Assembly: GCF_000315625.1 (NCBI RefSeq)
Contig: NW_005434612.1
Location: 417,325 to 481,324, forward strand
DNA length: 64,000 nt
Source: Guillardia theta CCMP2712
Taxonomy: Eukaryota > Protista > Cryptophyta
Direction: 5' to 3'
The notes under the pieces were generated by a model, which worked only from the letters and a program-made list of their open reading frames with translations, did not search any database and was not told the DNA's origin. The first letter of the stretch is position 1, and each line of letters begins with the position of its first letter. The position numbers and the translations under genes were made by a program. This document shows, one piece after another, positions 1 to 12,919 of the stretch.

Positions 1-274
1 CGTCAGCCGAGGAGAGTCTATGTCAGGTGAGAAACTGGAGGCGGAGGTGGAGGGCAGCTGGGCAGGAAGTGACTGGCAGTCGCAGGGCTCAACGACTCTC
101 TGGAGGCTGGGTGGACGAGCATACCAGAGGCTCAGATTCAGGTGGGGGAGGAGGTGTGTGTGTGGGGGGGGGGGGGGGGGGAGGGAACCGAAATAAACAG
201 GGGGGAGGGGAGGGGTGGGGAGGGAGGAAAAGGGTGGAGGAAAGGCAGAGGGCTGAGACTTTAGTGATGAGCAG

Positions 275-374
275 CGAAGCGATTCATGGCAACGAAGACA
301 ACATGACGACTCTAGCATCCCTGGCCTCATCGATACGACAGGGGCGGCGGCAAAAGGATGAAGACTCCATCTAG
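275..374 (+). CDS. possible last exon of an upstream gene of unknown function
   Basis: GT donor near 27, G-rich intron-like tract, CAG acceptor near 274, then an open frame (..EAIHGNEDNMTTLASLASSIRQGRRQKDEDSI*) ending at 374. No recognisable domain. Confidence 0.25.
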
Positions 375-381
375 TCCTCTT

Positions 382-383
<2 letters not shown>

Positions 384-450
<67 letters not shown>
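384..450. repeat. (CCTGCT)n microsatellite
   Basis: Direct reading of tandem hexamers. Confidence 0.9.
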
Positions 451-451
<1 letters not shown>

Positions 452-766
452 GTCAGGTCCTCCTCTCGCACCTCTACCTCCCTCTCCTTCAGTGTGCAAC
501 CTTCTTTGTGTTAATAATTCTCTCGGGTCCCCTTCATCCTTCCTCCGGTGCTGATGCTACAAGAGATAGCGGGATCTCGCCTACTCGCTGACTTGCGATC
601 CCATCCTCTCACACATTCTTACCTCCTCGTCCATGCCGCAAGTGGTACCATCACTCCTTAGCTTCCCTCGGTCCTCCCCTCCCCTCCCCTCCCCTCTCCT
701 CTCCTCTCCTTCCTCCCAGGCTCCATAACAGCTGTTGAGTAAAAAAACGGGGGACGGGGGACAGCA

Positions 767-2119
767 ATGGCGTCGGGGGCGTGGGGGCTAGGGAGCAACG
801 AGAAGGGAGAGGTGGGAGCAGGAGGGAGAGACAAGGTGGTGAGCTTGCAGCAAGTCTCCATCTGCTCCCTCCATCATCGTCCTCTTCGTCCTCCCTCTCC
901 TCCTCATGTCGAAGGAGGCCGGCAGTGTCTGAATGATTCCTCCACATCCTCCTCCCGGTGCAGGAGTGAGGACATGGAGGGGGCACCTGCTGGCTGTGCA
1001 GTGAGGACAGGATCTTGTGGACATGAGTTCTCCGTCATGCTGTCCGAGTGCGGAGCAGTCTGGGTATGCGGAGAGAATGGCAGCGGACAGCTGGGGCTGG
1101 GGGATGCGGAAGAGTGTGGGAGCTCTGCTGGGGGGGAGGAGGGAAACTTCGAGCGAGCGGAGTCGCAGGAGGAGAAGGAGCAGCCTGTTTGTGTCATGAC
1201 GAGGCTCAAGGCCTCGCACCTCGAGGGAGGAGAGGTGGTGATGGTGAGCTGCGGGTACGACCATGCCCTGTGCTTGCTCAGCACCGGCGTCGTCCTGTCG
1301 TGGGGGGAGAAGTACTCAGGTCAGCTGGGGGTCTACCACGACGACTGCTCGAGGCCGCAAGTGATCGAGAGCTTGAGGAGCATGTTCATCGTCTTCCTGT
1401 CTGCGGGGGCCTCGCACTCGCTCGTCGTCAACCAGGACGGAGAGCTGTTCACCTTCGGCAGCAACATCAAGGGGCAGCTGGGGACAGGGACGGTGAGCTT
1501 CTGCGATGACGACGAGACCAAGACGCAGCCCAGGAAAGTTCTCTTCCCCCCGGGGCTCAAAGTTCAAACCTGCGCTGGGGGAGGACTGCACTCTGTCGCC
1601 GTCACGAGCCAGGGCAGCGTCTACAGCTGGGGTTGTAACATCAACGGGCAGACAGGACACGCGGGTGTGAGCGAGGTGTTGAGCCCGAGGAAGTTAAAGT
1701 TTCCTCAGCCGGTCGAAGCGAAGCTCGCCTCCTGCGGCTTCGTGCACTCGGCCGTGCTGAGCAGGGAGGGGGAGGTGTGGTGCTTCGGGCGAGGGAAGAT
1801 GGGGGAGCTCGGGCACGGGAGCTTCAAGAACAGCTCTCGTCCTTGCCGGGTGGAGGCCCTGCGGGGGACGCGAGTAGTGGAGCTGGCGTGCGGCGTTCGG
1901 AGCACGTTTGCTGTGTGCGAGGGGGAGGAGGAGGATCCATTGTACGTCTGGGGTCATACGGAACATCTCAGGAACCCTAGCGAGTCAGACGCGCTCCCGA
2001 AGCATGCATGCTTGCCGCAAAGGCTAGAGCAGCCTCCCGTGCGCAACGCGATCTCTGCCGTCGTCTCCGGCCCTTGCGCTTCCCACATGTTCGTCTGCTA
2101 CAAGCGCCGACTTAGGTGA
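767..2119 (+). CDS. RCC1/UVR8-like beta-propeller repeat protein
   Basis: Multiple RCC1 repeats (VWVCGENGSGQLGLG, VSCGYDHALCL, LFTFGSNIKGQLGTG, VYSWGCNINGQTG, ASCGFVHSAVL). A possible intron lies near 853-963. Confidence 0.88.
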   Translation: MASGAWGLGSNEKGEVGAGGRDKVVSLQQVSICSLHHRPLRPPSPPHVEGGRQCLNDSSTSSSRCRSEDMEGAPAGCAVRTGSCGHEFSVMLSECGAVWVCGENGSGQLGLGDAEECGSSAGGEEGNFERAESQEEKEQPVCVMTRLKASHLEGGEVVMVSCGYDHALCLLSTGVVLSWGEKYSGQLGVYHDDCSRPQVIESLRSMFIVFLSAGASHSLVVNQDGELFTFGSNIKGQLGTGTVSFCDDDETKTQPRKVLFPPGLKVQTCAGGGLHSVAVTSQGSVYSWGCNINGQTGHAGVSEVLSPRKLKFPQPVEAKLASCGFVHSAVLSREGEVWCFGRGKMGELGHGSFKNSSRPCRVEALRGTRVVELACGVRSTFAVCEGEEEDPLYVWGHTEHLRNPSESDALPKHACLPQRLEQPPVRNAISAVVSGPCASHMFVCYKRRLR

Positions 2120-2268
2120 GGAGGGGGCGATGGATGGGGGAGGAGAAGGGATTGGGCAATGGTGCCTGATGCGGCGCAGGTGGAGGCTAGAGCGCGTGCT
2201 ATGGATCGGCTTCTTGAAGGTATATTGATATTTATTACACTTCACTGTGACCTGAGTAACCCTTTGCG

Positions 2269-4571
2269 CTACTTCCAGTGCAAGGAGAGCGTCCTGCATC
2301 TGCTGCCTGAAGACAGACCCCTCACCTCCAAGATACTCTTGCGGATCGTCGGTCTTGCTTGCTCGTGAGCATTGAAACCAATTGCCGCCCTCTCACCTTC
2401 CAACCTGGCAAAAGAGTCAACGACAAGCCTGCAGCACCGCATTACTCACATCCCGCATCCCCTTCTCGTGCTTCACACTCCAAAACAAAAACATCGGCAG
2501 AACGATCATGAGGAAAAGGTACAGAAACCTGTCGAGGTCCGTCATCACCAATTGTGGCTTGCTCCCTCCTCCTCCTCCTCCTCCTTACCCGTAGTTCATG
2601 TTCCCGTTCGCTCGATACAGCTCTCCAACGATCAGTGGCCCAAGCCAGGAGGATCCCTACAGGAGAAGGTGAGCCGCGGATGAGGAGGAGCCGTGCGACA
2701 ACCTTGTTGGTGATCTCGAAGAGAGCGAAGAACTCCGACTCCCTCCCTGCGCGAGTCCATCACAAGGCGGTGAGCGAGCATGCAGGGCCCACCAGGAACA
2801 GACAAGTCGGAGCAGATGGTGCGAGAGAAAGATTGGAGCGACCCGACCATGAACCCATGGATCAGTGCGAACACGTAAGCCTCTGTGTCGGTCTTGAAGC
2901 CGACCTTGGAGCCTGCGCAGAGCGTCAACGCGTCAACCCACGTCTCCTCCTCCCGAACCTGGAATGAACCCCATCATCCCGATCACGCAGATCACAATGT
3001 AACCGAAGAGGTTGATCGTGACGATCGCCTTTGACCCGATTGCCCACCTCTGCTGCAGCCAGAGAAAGAACATGTTCCCAAAAAGCGCAAAAATCATGGT
3101 GAAGACGAGGATGAATGCCAGCTTAGAGCCAGGCATGCAAAGCTGCTGCTGAGCCAGCAACACGCCGACCTGAGCTACGGTCGAGTAGCTGTCTGAGTAG
3201 AAAAACCAAGCGAGGAAAAACTTAAAGGTTTCCGGGTATTGAGCAGCATGTACAAACGAGTTGAACGTAGAATACCATCCGCGGAAGATGAGAAATCTCT
3301 CCCCAGTGCTTGACTTTCCTTTTCTCACCTTCAAACCCCTCAAGGTCACCACAGAAAACACAGCCCACCACGCCCCCGCGATGAAGATGTTGATCTTGTA
3401 TGCAACCTCCTGATTAGCGATAACAGAGACAAGGATGAGAGCAGCGATAGTGCTGATGATCCCCGACACATACCCCATCATGAAGCCGAGAGAGCTCATG
3501 AAGTTCTCGATGTCCTCCCATACATCATGGTTCCCGTTCGCCGCAACCACTTCCTTGTGGTCCGCAACGATCAAGGGAAGGTACGAGTTGTAGAGCACGT
3601 TGGCTGCCCCCCAGCACGCATTGCTGATGATGACGAGAGCTCCAGCATAGACGTAGAGCGACGAGCTCGTCACACTGATCAACAGCATGCAAGATATACT
3701 CCCAACAATGATGAAACCCAAGAAGAACACGTATCGGTACCTCTCGTAGTCTGCGATGGCTCCTATCGTGATGAAGATGATCAACTGAAGAATGACGCTG
3801 TAGGATACAACTCTCGTCGCAAACTGAAAGGCATCAACGTTTCCAGGCCACCAGGCGATGGTTCTGGTTGGCAGGTCCGTCCATTCTTGACTGCTAGCGT
3901 TCCAATACTTGTCTCCTTCACCCATGATACACATCTGACAGCTCGCGACGCTTTGAGGGCAACTGTAGGAGGTGCAATTTGAGCAGGTAGGGATGAGATT
4001 GCCCTTGAAGGCGGCAGTTTTTGCCATGGACGCCAATAGCAGCGGCATGAAGAAAGTCACGGCCATCGCTGCGAACATGCTGTTGGCCCAGTCGTAGGTG
4101 TACCATGCCATCCTCTCTCTCGATTCCGAGCCCCACAATCGAATCTCTTCTTTGAAACGCTGATAAAAGGGCATCGGCTTGTACCCGTCGCTATGAGAGT
4201 GAGTAAAGATCTCCATGATGGCGTGTGCAGTTGGATCTACAACCGACGACTCTTCCACACATGGTGGTGAGTTAGCTGGTTGCTTGCCGTCCATGCCCAG
4301 GGGAGCTGGGTCCAACTCCTCCATCTGTGTCTCTATGACAGGCTTTGCTGGTTTTAACTGGTGTGCGAGGTCCTCAACCGTCTCTACCAACCTCTCCGAG
4401 TCTCACGAGCAAGAGGGGCTGAAGGCAACGCGCTCTTACGCCTCAGGTGCTGACAGCGAGGGCCCTTGTGCTGCTTCTCCTGTCGTAGACCCTTCACCGT
4501 GAAACTCGCCTGCTCCTCCTCTACTCCTTTCCTCTCCTTATCCACCTGAAGGATACTCGTACCATCGCCAT
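2269..4571 (-). CDS. MFS transporter, Atg22/UMF1-like, multi-exon
   Basis: AWYTYDWANS motif, GAIADY, LYNSYLP, FFYSDSYST and GSLQSFSRT motifs, with about 12 hydrophobic segments across ORFs 2933-4390 and 2632-2928 plus short flanking exons. Confidence 0.85.
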
Positions 4572-5413
4572 GAACTGGCAGTACCGTCCCCTGGGGGGGT
4601 AGGGTACCAACGCTTACGGCAGCCAAGGCGTATGTCGAGGAGTATCTATGGTACGGGTGGGGGTAGAAATCAGAGTGGGGTGGGGTACTCCGAGACCGTA
4701 TTATGTGGCCGGGTGCGATTTTAAAAGCTCTTTCAGGAGGGGTGGGTGGGGGCTGAATAATGGTGGTTTTGGGGGGTAGATGACCTTGGAGCTTTTAGGT
4801 TGACAATTGGGTGGTGGGGGTACCCCTGTAGCCCCCAAAATTTCCAGCAGACGGAGGGTAGTAAAAAAAAAAAAGGTCCATTAGGTTGGGTGGGGTCAAC
4901 CTAAACTTTTAAAATCCCAGATATTGCAGAATGTGGAGAAGTACCGGTACTTATTACAGTAAAATGGGGGGTACAAAGACTTGACATGGCTGAACAAGTG
5001 CGGACTACCCCAACCCCACTTTTTCACCTGCGGTAGTAAACAAGCACATGACCCTTCCGCCTATTTCACCTCAAAAAGTCACTAAAGGAGGGGGTGCTGG
5101 TCCCCACCCCGCCGGCATAGCGGATCGATTTAAATTACTTCTATGATTAAAATACTTTTTAAAAGATGATCGTTGTAAAGCCGAGAGTTGACTGAAACCT
5201 TTCTACACTGCAGTGCCCTCATCCCCGCTATTGCCATGGCTAACAGGACAAACCCGCCCCGTCACTTGTTCTGTGGCATCAACATTCTAAGGTACAAAAT
5301 GTGTGATAATTATTTCTGCCTTTAAAGTTTTCCTCTGAATGTCCCTGGGGCGGATCATAGTTTATTACTCATGGGAAGGTGCGGAATTTTACAGGAGAGG
5401 AGGGAGGGAGAGG

Positions 5414-5678
<265 letters not shown>

Positions 5679-5860
5679 TAAGTAAGTAAAGGTGGGATCG
5701 TTTTCGTTTAGAACATCAAGATAGTCTGTGGAGTTGGATAGGATAAGTCAGGTATCGGCGACTTTTGAATGCGACGAGTACTAGCAATAGCATGTGAAAT
5801 TGTGCTCTGACATTGATATTTGGATATTTACTTTGATTGAACAGGTTCAACATCTTAGTG

Positions 5861-6624
5861 ATGCTGCCGACGAGGTTCGCACTTGTTGCGAGTGTCTTCA
5901 TGGTGTCCGATGCCTTCCTGTTCGCTTCACCCAACAACATCCTGGCGGCTCGAACCTCGCATGGAGGAGTACACCGACTCTTCGCGAGTCCAGCGGCTGC
6001 ACCTCTCCGTCGTAGTGCCCCAAGAATGAGCAGCGGGGAGGAAGGGGTGCAAGAGGAAGTGGGTTATCTATCGCTGCAGCATGCTGGAGTGCTTGTTGAC
6101 GACGTGGAGAGATCTCTCAAGTTCTACACTCAAGTCCTGGGCATGAAAGACGAGAGCCACATGCGTAACCCCAACCTTCCTTACCCAGGTCCGTGCTCCC
6201 CCTGTCACGCGTCTGGTTGTTTCCACCTCCTCCCTTCTCTTCTCCCTCCTCTTCCACAGGCTCCTCCTCCCTGCTCTGCACTCTCCTCACCGTTGCTTCT
6301 TCTCGCTCCTGTGCTCTCATGTTGCTCGTCCTCCGCCCCTGTCGCAAGTGTGTTGTGGTGACGAATCCAGCAGGAGCGTTCGTTGGTTGCGGGGACAGTC
6401 AAATCCATCTCATGCAGCTCCCTTCCCTCGATCCCAAGGTTGGGCGTCCCGAGCATGGTGGGCGAGATCGGCACGTGGCAGTAACAGTCGGTGACCTCAC
6501 TCCTCTCCTGAAGCGACTGGAGAAGCACGGAGTCGCGTACACCATGTCCAAGTCTGGACGACGAGCAGCATTCTGCCGCGATGTGGATTCGAACGCGATA
6601 GAGTTTGTGGAGGAGAAGAGTTGA
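5861..6624 (+). CDS. glyoxalase/VOC-family protein, plastid-targeted; intron 6189-6373
   Basis: LQHAGVLVDDVERSLKFY...LPYPGAF...IHLMQLP..DPKVGRPEHGGRDRH...YTMSKSGRRAAFCRD..NAIEF. The N-terminal signal peptide ends SDA|F. Confidence 0.9.
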
Positions 6625-6631
6625 TATCCGG

Positions 6632-9600
6632 TCAGTAGAAGGATGAGGCTACGTCGAGAGAGGCATGGGGTATCACAGCTGCTCGCGCTGACACCGCAAG
6701 CTCCATGACCAGCCTGGTAGCTGCGTCAGAAAAGATTCTTTCAGGGGGAAGGCTGCCTGCTGTATCCTGAGGAGAAGGCTGCGCGGTTGCGTAAGGAGTC
6801 GAATAAAGCATGAGTTGAAGGGGACGTCAGGAAAGAAAAGAGTAGACAGAATATAGAAGAGTAGAGAAGAGGAGAGGAGAGGAGAGAAGAGAAGAGAGAA
6901 AGGGAGAGGAAGTACTCACGGCCAAGAAAGACGTCGCATGATCTGGCCATGGTAAACAAGGAGACAAGCGAGAGCATGTTCTCCTGCTCGGCATCCAAAA
7001 GCTTCATGCTTACCTGCACCATCAACATCAAGTCACAGGAGAGGATGCAGAGACTGACCGCCTTGGGGATGCTGATGCGAAAGTTGGGACGAGGATGCGA
7101 CTCGTCAGACACTGCCACTCGCATGCCCAACGCCTGCAGGCCCATCAGGTCGAGACTCTGGTGGAGAAGTTGAAGACAGAAGCGGTTTCAGAGAGATGCC
7201 GCAGAGCGATCGCGTCCTGTTTCATCTTCAGCAACCCCAACAGAAAAAGATCAGGAGAGAGGTGAGGGGATGACCTCTGTGGCTACGAAGAGCGCAAGCT
7301 TACTCCCTTCTGCTAGATGCTGGTGATGAAAAGAATGAAAGAACAGGAAACGGCAAGTGACAGCAAGAGGATCCAGCAAGACAAGAGCAATGGGAAAACA
7401 TTATCTGACCCATCTTCCGTGAAATCTCCGCCAGCATCGTCTCTGCCATCTTACTTCAACTCCTGAAGTCCCTGACGAAAGGAGAAAAACCTGAAGAGGA
7501 GGAGTTGGGACCCGATGTCTCCTGCCTCCCTCGAATGCTTCTTCTTCCTCGCACCACCCGTAGCAGGACGGAGACGAGCTCGTCGGCATATGCTTGCACG
7601 GGGCGGGGAGGAATCTCAATGACCTTCGGACAGGTTCAGCCCCCTGCTCGTTGCTCCATCTTTTTACCTTGTGCCCGCTACGATGATGTATGCAGATCCG
7701 AAGAGTAGATCCCTTATCCTAGGAGAGGGTGAGGACGACAGGTAGAAGAATGTGAAACGAGAAGGAAGTAATGAGAGAGCGAGAATGAATACAAGTACAC
7801 GAGAATGAATACAAGAACATTGCTACAGAAAGCATCAAAAAGACAGCAGAAGGTGAGAACAGAGGCAAAGACAATCAAGGAATCTGAGCAAGGCAGACAT
7901 CGGCATACAGACAGCTACTGGAAGACAAAAGAATGGGTCTACTTTGAATTTCTCGATTTCCTGTGCTATCGCTTCTTCAACTCGATTGTTGGGCCTCAAC
8001 AGCTGTCCGGATGAGTAGAGAAGAGGTAATAAACATTCCCTACCTCTCCAATGAGAATCGAGTTCCACCAGAACCTTCCGAAGCCCTAGCACAAAGTAGA
8101 TAGAGGATGAGTCGAATGTATCCAAGACAGTGAATAACAAAAAGATCCTCGAACATCTCAGACTTATGCTCATGGAGAACGATTAAAGATCGATATTCTT
8201 CATACATGAGCCAGAGGAGGGAAGCAGTTGTGACTCCATCGCTGCCGTAAGGATCAAAAGGGTAAGAACTCAGCAGAAGGAAAACACCCTACATTGCTGG
8301 GGCACCACTGCTCGGCTCCTCGGGGTACAAGAAGATCAGAGCTGTCAACGAAACTGATGAAAGACTGCAAGAGGGAGGCAAAGTGCTCACGTGGCGGTAA
8401 CACTGTCCCACAAGACGACTCGCTCAGAATCATCTCCCTGGGATCGCTTCACTCTCTTTGCCTCTGTGCTCAACAACATCATACAGGACTGAGAGGACGG
8501 GGAGCCCTGATGCGAGGAGAGGGACAAGTGGAAATGTTGAGAAAGTAATGACTCCAGAAGGATGTCGACTGATGTCACTGTCAGTCTCTCCCTCCTTCTT
8601 AAATTCTCTCACCTCATTGTCTGCAACTTTCATCGACCAATCACACTCATCATCCAAAACCATGGTCCGATTTGTCGCAATGGCGTAAGAAAAGGCTTCC
8701 ATCTATCAGGTCTGTCAGCTCACCTCCTTCTCATCTCCAGTCCATCAACTCCTCTATTCTCAAGGTCGCACCATGGCGTGGAATTGAGCCCCATGACCCG
8801 CGAGCTTAGGGTTGGTGTAGCAGAATATCTGCAACCAGCTAAGCGCAACAGAAGAGAAAAGCGATAACCAAAAAGCCGAGAGCAAATGCAAGGATCGAGT
8901 TGAATCAAGACTCCATGGAGCCTACCATTCGTCTCGTGTTGGAGCACTTGGAGTCAAGCTAGACGCGAGTTAGTGTACCGGTAGTTAGGAGGTAAGAGGG
9001 TGTACTAAGGAGGTGTTAGAACTGACCGGAAACTGAAGATCTTGAATCAGCCGTCGAAGCTTGGCAGCCGCTGTCCTCTCCGGCTACAAAGGGAGTAGAG
9101 AGGAATAAGAGGAGGAGAAGTCCAAGAGATAGGAGCTAGGTGATGGTAGCAACTAGGTAATGAGGGGCTGAGATCCTCCCTACCAGAGAAAGGGACCTCC
9201 CCAACAATGACGAGTCACTGTGCTGGAAGAGCGCGAGGCCTCGTGGCGAGGGGCACAAGTTGCCGAACTGTTTGCAGATGGCTGATTTGATAACCTGAAG
9301 CCACGTGTGACCGACAAGATAGAAAGAGGAGAGACGAAGAGGATCGGAGTAGAGCAACTCCATCTCACCCCTTGCGTGAACACGTTGTCCTGATAGAACT
9401 TTGGATTGAAACTCTTGACCAGACGCCTCAACTGTGCATGCACGTCTTCGAAGACGACCTCAACGTCAGGTGGAGCAGATCTAGTAGCCTTCGTTGACAA
9501 GCAAGCAATGTCCAGGTGGGGAGGCAGGAAGGAAGACGGCGAGCTGGCTACAGGGACAGAGGGTGAGGAAGAAACAAATTTCTCCTGGGCCGGCGAGCGT

Positions 9601-10600
9601 TCGCTCCAATCTGATGTGATGACCTCAAAAAGGCAAGCAGCAACCAGTGGTCACCTGACATCAGCCAGAAACATCTCTTGCGGGAGTTAGAGAGCAGGTG
9701 GAGGATGCGGAGGGATAGCTCGTCGAAGACAAGTCCCTCCCCGTCGTACTCCAACGACACCACAAGGGAGCATCGCTGAAAGAATTTCAACGAAGCTCCG
9801 AGATGTTAAGCTTCAACTACCTCATGGCAATGCTGCATGCTGTTCCACACACTTGATGCATTCGTGGATGGCTCCGAGTCCACCACCACCAGGAGATCCC
9901 CGTCATCCATCCCCTCTCGCCCGTCCTGTGCGGTGTCGGCTGTGTCGGCTGTACCTCCCTTCTTCACCAACGCCCTGAAAGGGAGGAGGGAAACAACTTG
10001 CTCGTGCACCTCACGATGTTTCGATAGATACTCCAGCACGCTTCTCGGTCGCTCTTCCACCTTCACCCCCACAGTCCCTCCTTGATGCCCAAGTTGCCCA
10101 TGCAAGACCGTCACCGGCCAGTGACTCAGACTTGACCTGATCTCCTCGACGGCTCTAGCGTCATGATGGATGATCGTCAAGTCTTGCGGGTTCGCCTTGG
10201 CGACGGCAATGGGGAGGAAAGGATGGGGTGGGGAGACGAGAATGACGTGGGATCGGCTTGCCAGGGCTTGGAGGACGTGTATCCTGTCGGGAAGATCGAG
10301 GCTGTCGTGAGGGAAGGGGATGGAAGGAGATGGGAGGAGGAGCAGGAGCAGGAGGAGAGAGGAGGGAGAGAGAGAGGAGGGAGAGAGGGAGAGAGGGAGG
10401 AGGAGAGGAGGGAGGGAGGGCGAACGAGGAGTGGGAGGACGGGCCATATCCACAAACTTGTTTCCTTGCACTGCTCGAGTCTCCACATCCCCGCTATGAC
10501 AATCCCTCGTCCCCTCACTGACCCGGTGCAATCGCCGAAATGGCACGTGCGGTTGATGGAAAGTAGCGGAGAGGAGGAGGAGGAGGAGGAGCAAGAGAAA
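6632..10600 (-). CDS. many-exon glycosyltransferase-like gene (GT23/alpha-1,6-fucosyltransferase-like C-terminus); the 5' part may be a separate gene
   Basis: Exons read AFSYAIATNRTMVLDDECDW, SLFTMARSCDVFLG and AFSSGYSRLVMELAV..HASLD..FY*, paralleling FUT8/NodZ motifs (RTLIL..W; DFLVCTFSSQVCR..SLD). Start not resolved. Confidence 0.5.
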
Positions 10601-10929
10601 TCAGGAGGAGCAAGAGAAATCAGGAGGAGCAAGAGAAATCAGGAGGAGCAAGAGTTTTGTTCGGGGGTAAGACATCGTTGTGGTTGAAGTGGTGTACAAG
10701 GAAGGTGATCACAACAGGGTTCAAAGATGGAGGGTAGAGGCGGGGAGTGAAAGACAGGTCTCCCAGTCTTTATTGGTCAGTGGGGTTGAGGAGGCGTGAG
10801 GAGAAGAAATGTTCTGTGACGCTCGTTGGAAGGAACTACTTCTCTTGAATGACGAAGAAATCAAACAAGAGAGACAAGCCTGAGGTTCGTGGATGCTCGT
10901 GAGGAAAGAGACTTGATGCTGTTTGCGGG

Positions 10930-11424
10930 CTCAGGAAAACTCGAAGAAGTCGGAGGTAGCGAGCGATTCCGCGAAGAAGAGCAAGAAAGGAAGCAAGGGA
11001 GTGGAGGAAGATGAGCTCGATGATATCTTCGCTAGCAAACCATCACGCAGGTCCTCACCATGAGCAACTCCCTGGGTTCCTCTGACGGCAAAGCAGCAAG
11101 CAGAGCGAGAGCGACAAGAAGGACACGACCAAGGGACCAGACTTGAAGGAGATCGCGCAGGAAGCAAACAAGTACAAGGGAGGAGGAAGCAGCGGTACTA
11201 CATGCCTCTATTCTTGTCCTTGCCTCCTTGACTCTAGTCCTGTAGCCCGAAAGTCTTGCGACGGCTTGCTCGTCTACTCCGAACAAGAGCTGGCCAAGGA
11301 GCTGGGAGAAGAAGCTTGGGACGCTTTCATGGAGGCTTCAGGTGGGCTTGTGCTGGGCCCCCCTCAGCCTGACGCCTCGGCAGACCCGAACCTGTCGAGG
11401 GAAGCGGCCGGTTGCCACTGGTAG
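10930..11424 (+). CDS. small lysine-rich protein, DUF1764-like
   Basis: DELDDIFA exon followed by RKSCDGLLVYSEQEL, resembling the DUF1764 pattern (EIDDIF...DGL.IY.E.EL). The start lies upstream and is unresolved. Confidence 0.45.
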
Positions 11425-11429
11425 GCAAG

Positions 11430-12878
11430 GCAAGGAGAAGCGAGTAGGCCAGACCTGAAGAGGAGAGGACGTGAGGAGGAGGAGGGGAAGGGGGAGGAGG
11501 GGGAGCAGGAGGCAGTGGTGAAAGGTTGAGCACGCACTGGTCAAGTCTCTGCGGTGAATCTCGAGGACGGAGAGCTGGACGGGAGGAGAGAGGCTGATGG
11601 AAAAGCTGCAGCAAGTGAGCGGAGGAGGAGAAGAGGAGGAGAGGAGGAGACGCACCGCTGAGCGTGGTGAACTCCAAGCACAGTCTCCTTGAGCTGGGGC
11701 GCAGCAGCTCTCTTTCTTGGGATAAACTCGCACACAAACTCAAGCTCGTTCAAGTCGCCTGTTGGCTAGTCAGCATGTGAAGAACTTGCCCCAACTCCCT
11801 TCCTCCTCGACCTCCCCCTCCTGTCCCTCCTGTTCCTCCTGTCCCTGCTGTCCCTCCTGTTCCTCCTGTCCCTCCTGTCGCCTTTCCCCTCCTCTTTTCC
11901 CCTTGCTCTTGATCCTCTTCCTCCCTCCTTACCCGAAGAGGAACTCCTGATCACAAGGGTGGCAAGGAGATGGGTTGCCGAGGCCTGCAGGCAAGTCGTC
12001 ACCACCACCACCTCCTCCTCCTTCTCCTCCTCGCTCACATGCTTTCGTCTGTGAGCTACCTTCAGCTCTCCATCGCCCATGAAGAGGAGGTTTGAAAGAG
12101 CTTCTGCAGCAACGCCATGCTCGTAGATCACTCTGTCACTTCCGTCATCGCCCTCAACCACTTTCCCTCCTCCTCCTCCTCCTCCTCCTCCTCCTCCTCC
12201 TCCTCCTCCTCCTCCTCCTCTCACCTTCCCAGTTCACTTGCGATGCCAATGATCCGCTGAGCCCATCATGTCAGTCACGGCAGAGCAGGAAGCAGTACCT
12301 TCCTCTTCCTCCTCCTCTCCGCATCTCATCAGCTTCCGCAGGACCAACTCGCGTCCCTCCAGCAGCATCCAAGCTCGACCCGTTCCATCGTCCACCAGAC
12401 ACTCCGCCTGAAGGCCAGCATCGTGAATCCCAATAACCTCCTCCTCGCCCTCGCCCTCGCCCTCCTCCTTTCGACCTTCACGCGCATCTCGACCGCACGT
12501 CCTCGTCTCTCAGTTTTTTCCTCGCAGCAGCTTCCCGTCTCTCCTCCTTTCCTCACGGTTCCACACCAGCGACATGCAGCCTCGATCGCAATCCTGCCAG
12601 CCGTCATCTCCTTGGCATCCTCCTCCTCCACCACCACCATCCCCATCCCTCAATCCCCTCCTCCCTCTCCTCTGTTGTCTCTTCTGACCTCTTCACTACT
12701 ACGACTGTCCCCAGCACCCCCAGCACTCTTGGCGTCGTCCAATAAGTATCAACGAGAGCTGCGCGGAGTAAGAGGAGAGGAAAAGGAAGAGGACGGAGAC
12801 CTAAAGGCGACACGGACGACCCTGCTTCCTTGAGATACTCCCGTACACCTGTGGGTCGCTAATGCACAGCATCAGATC

Positions 12879-12919
<41 letters not shown>

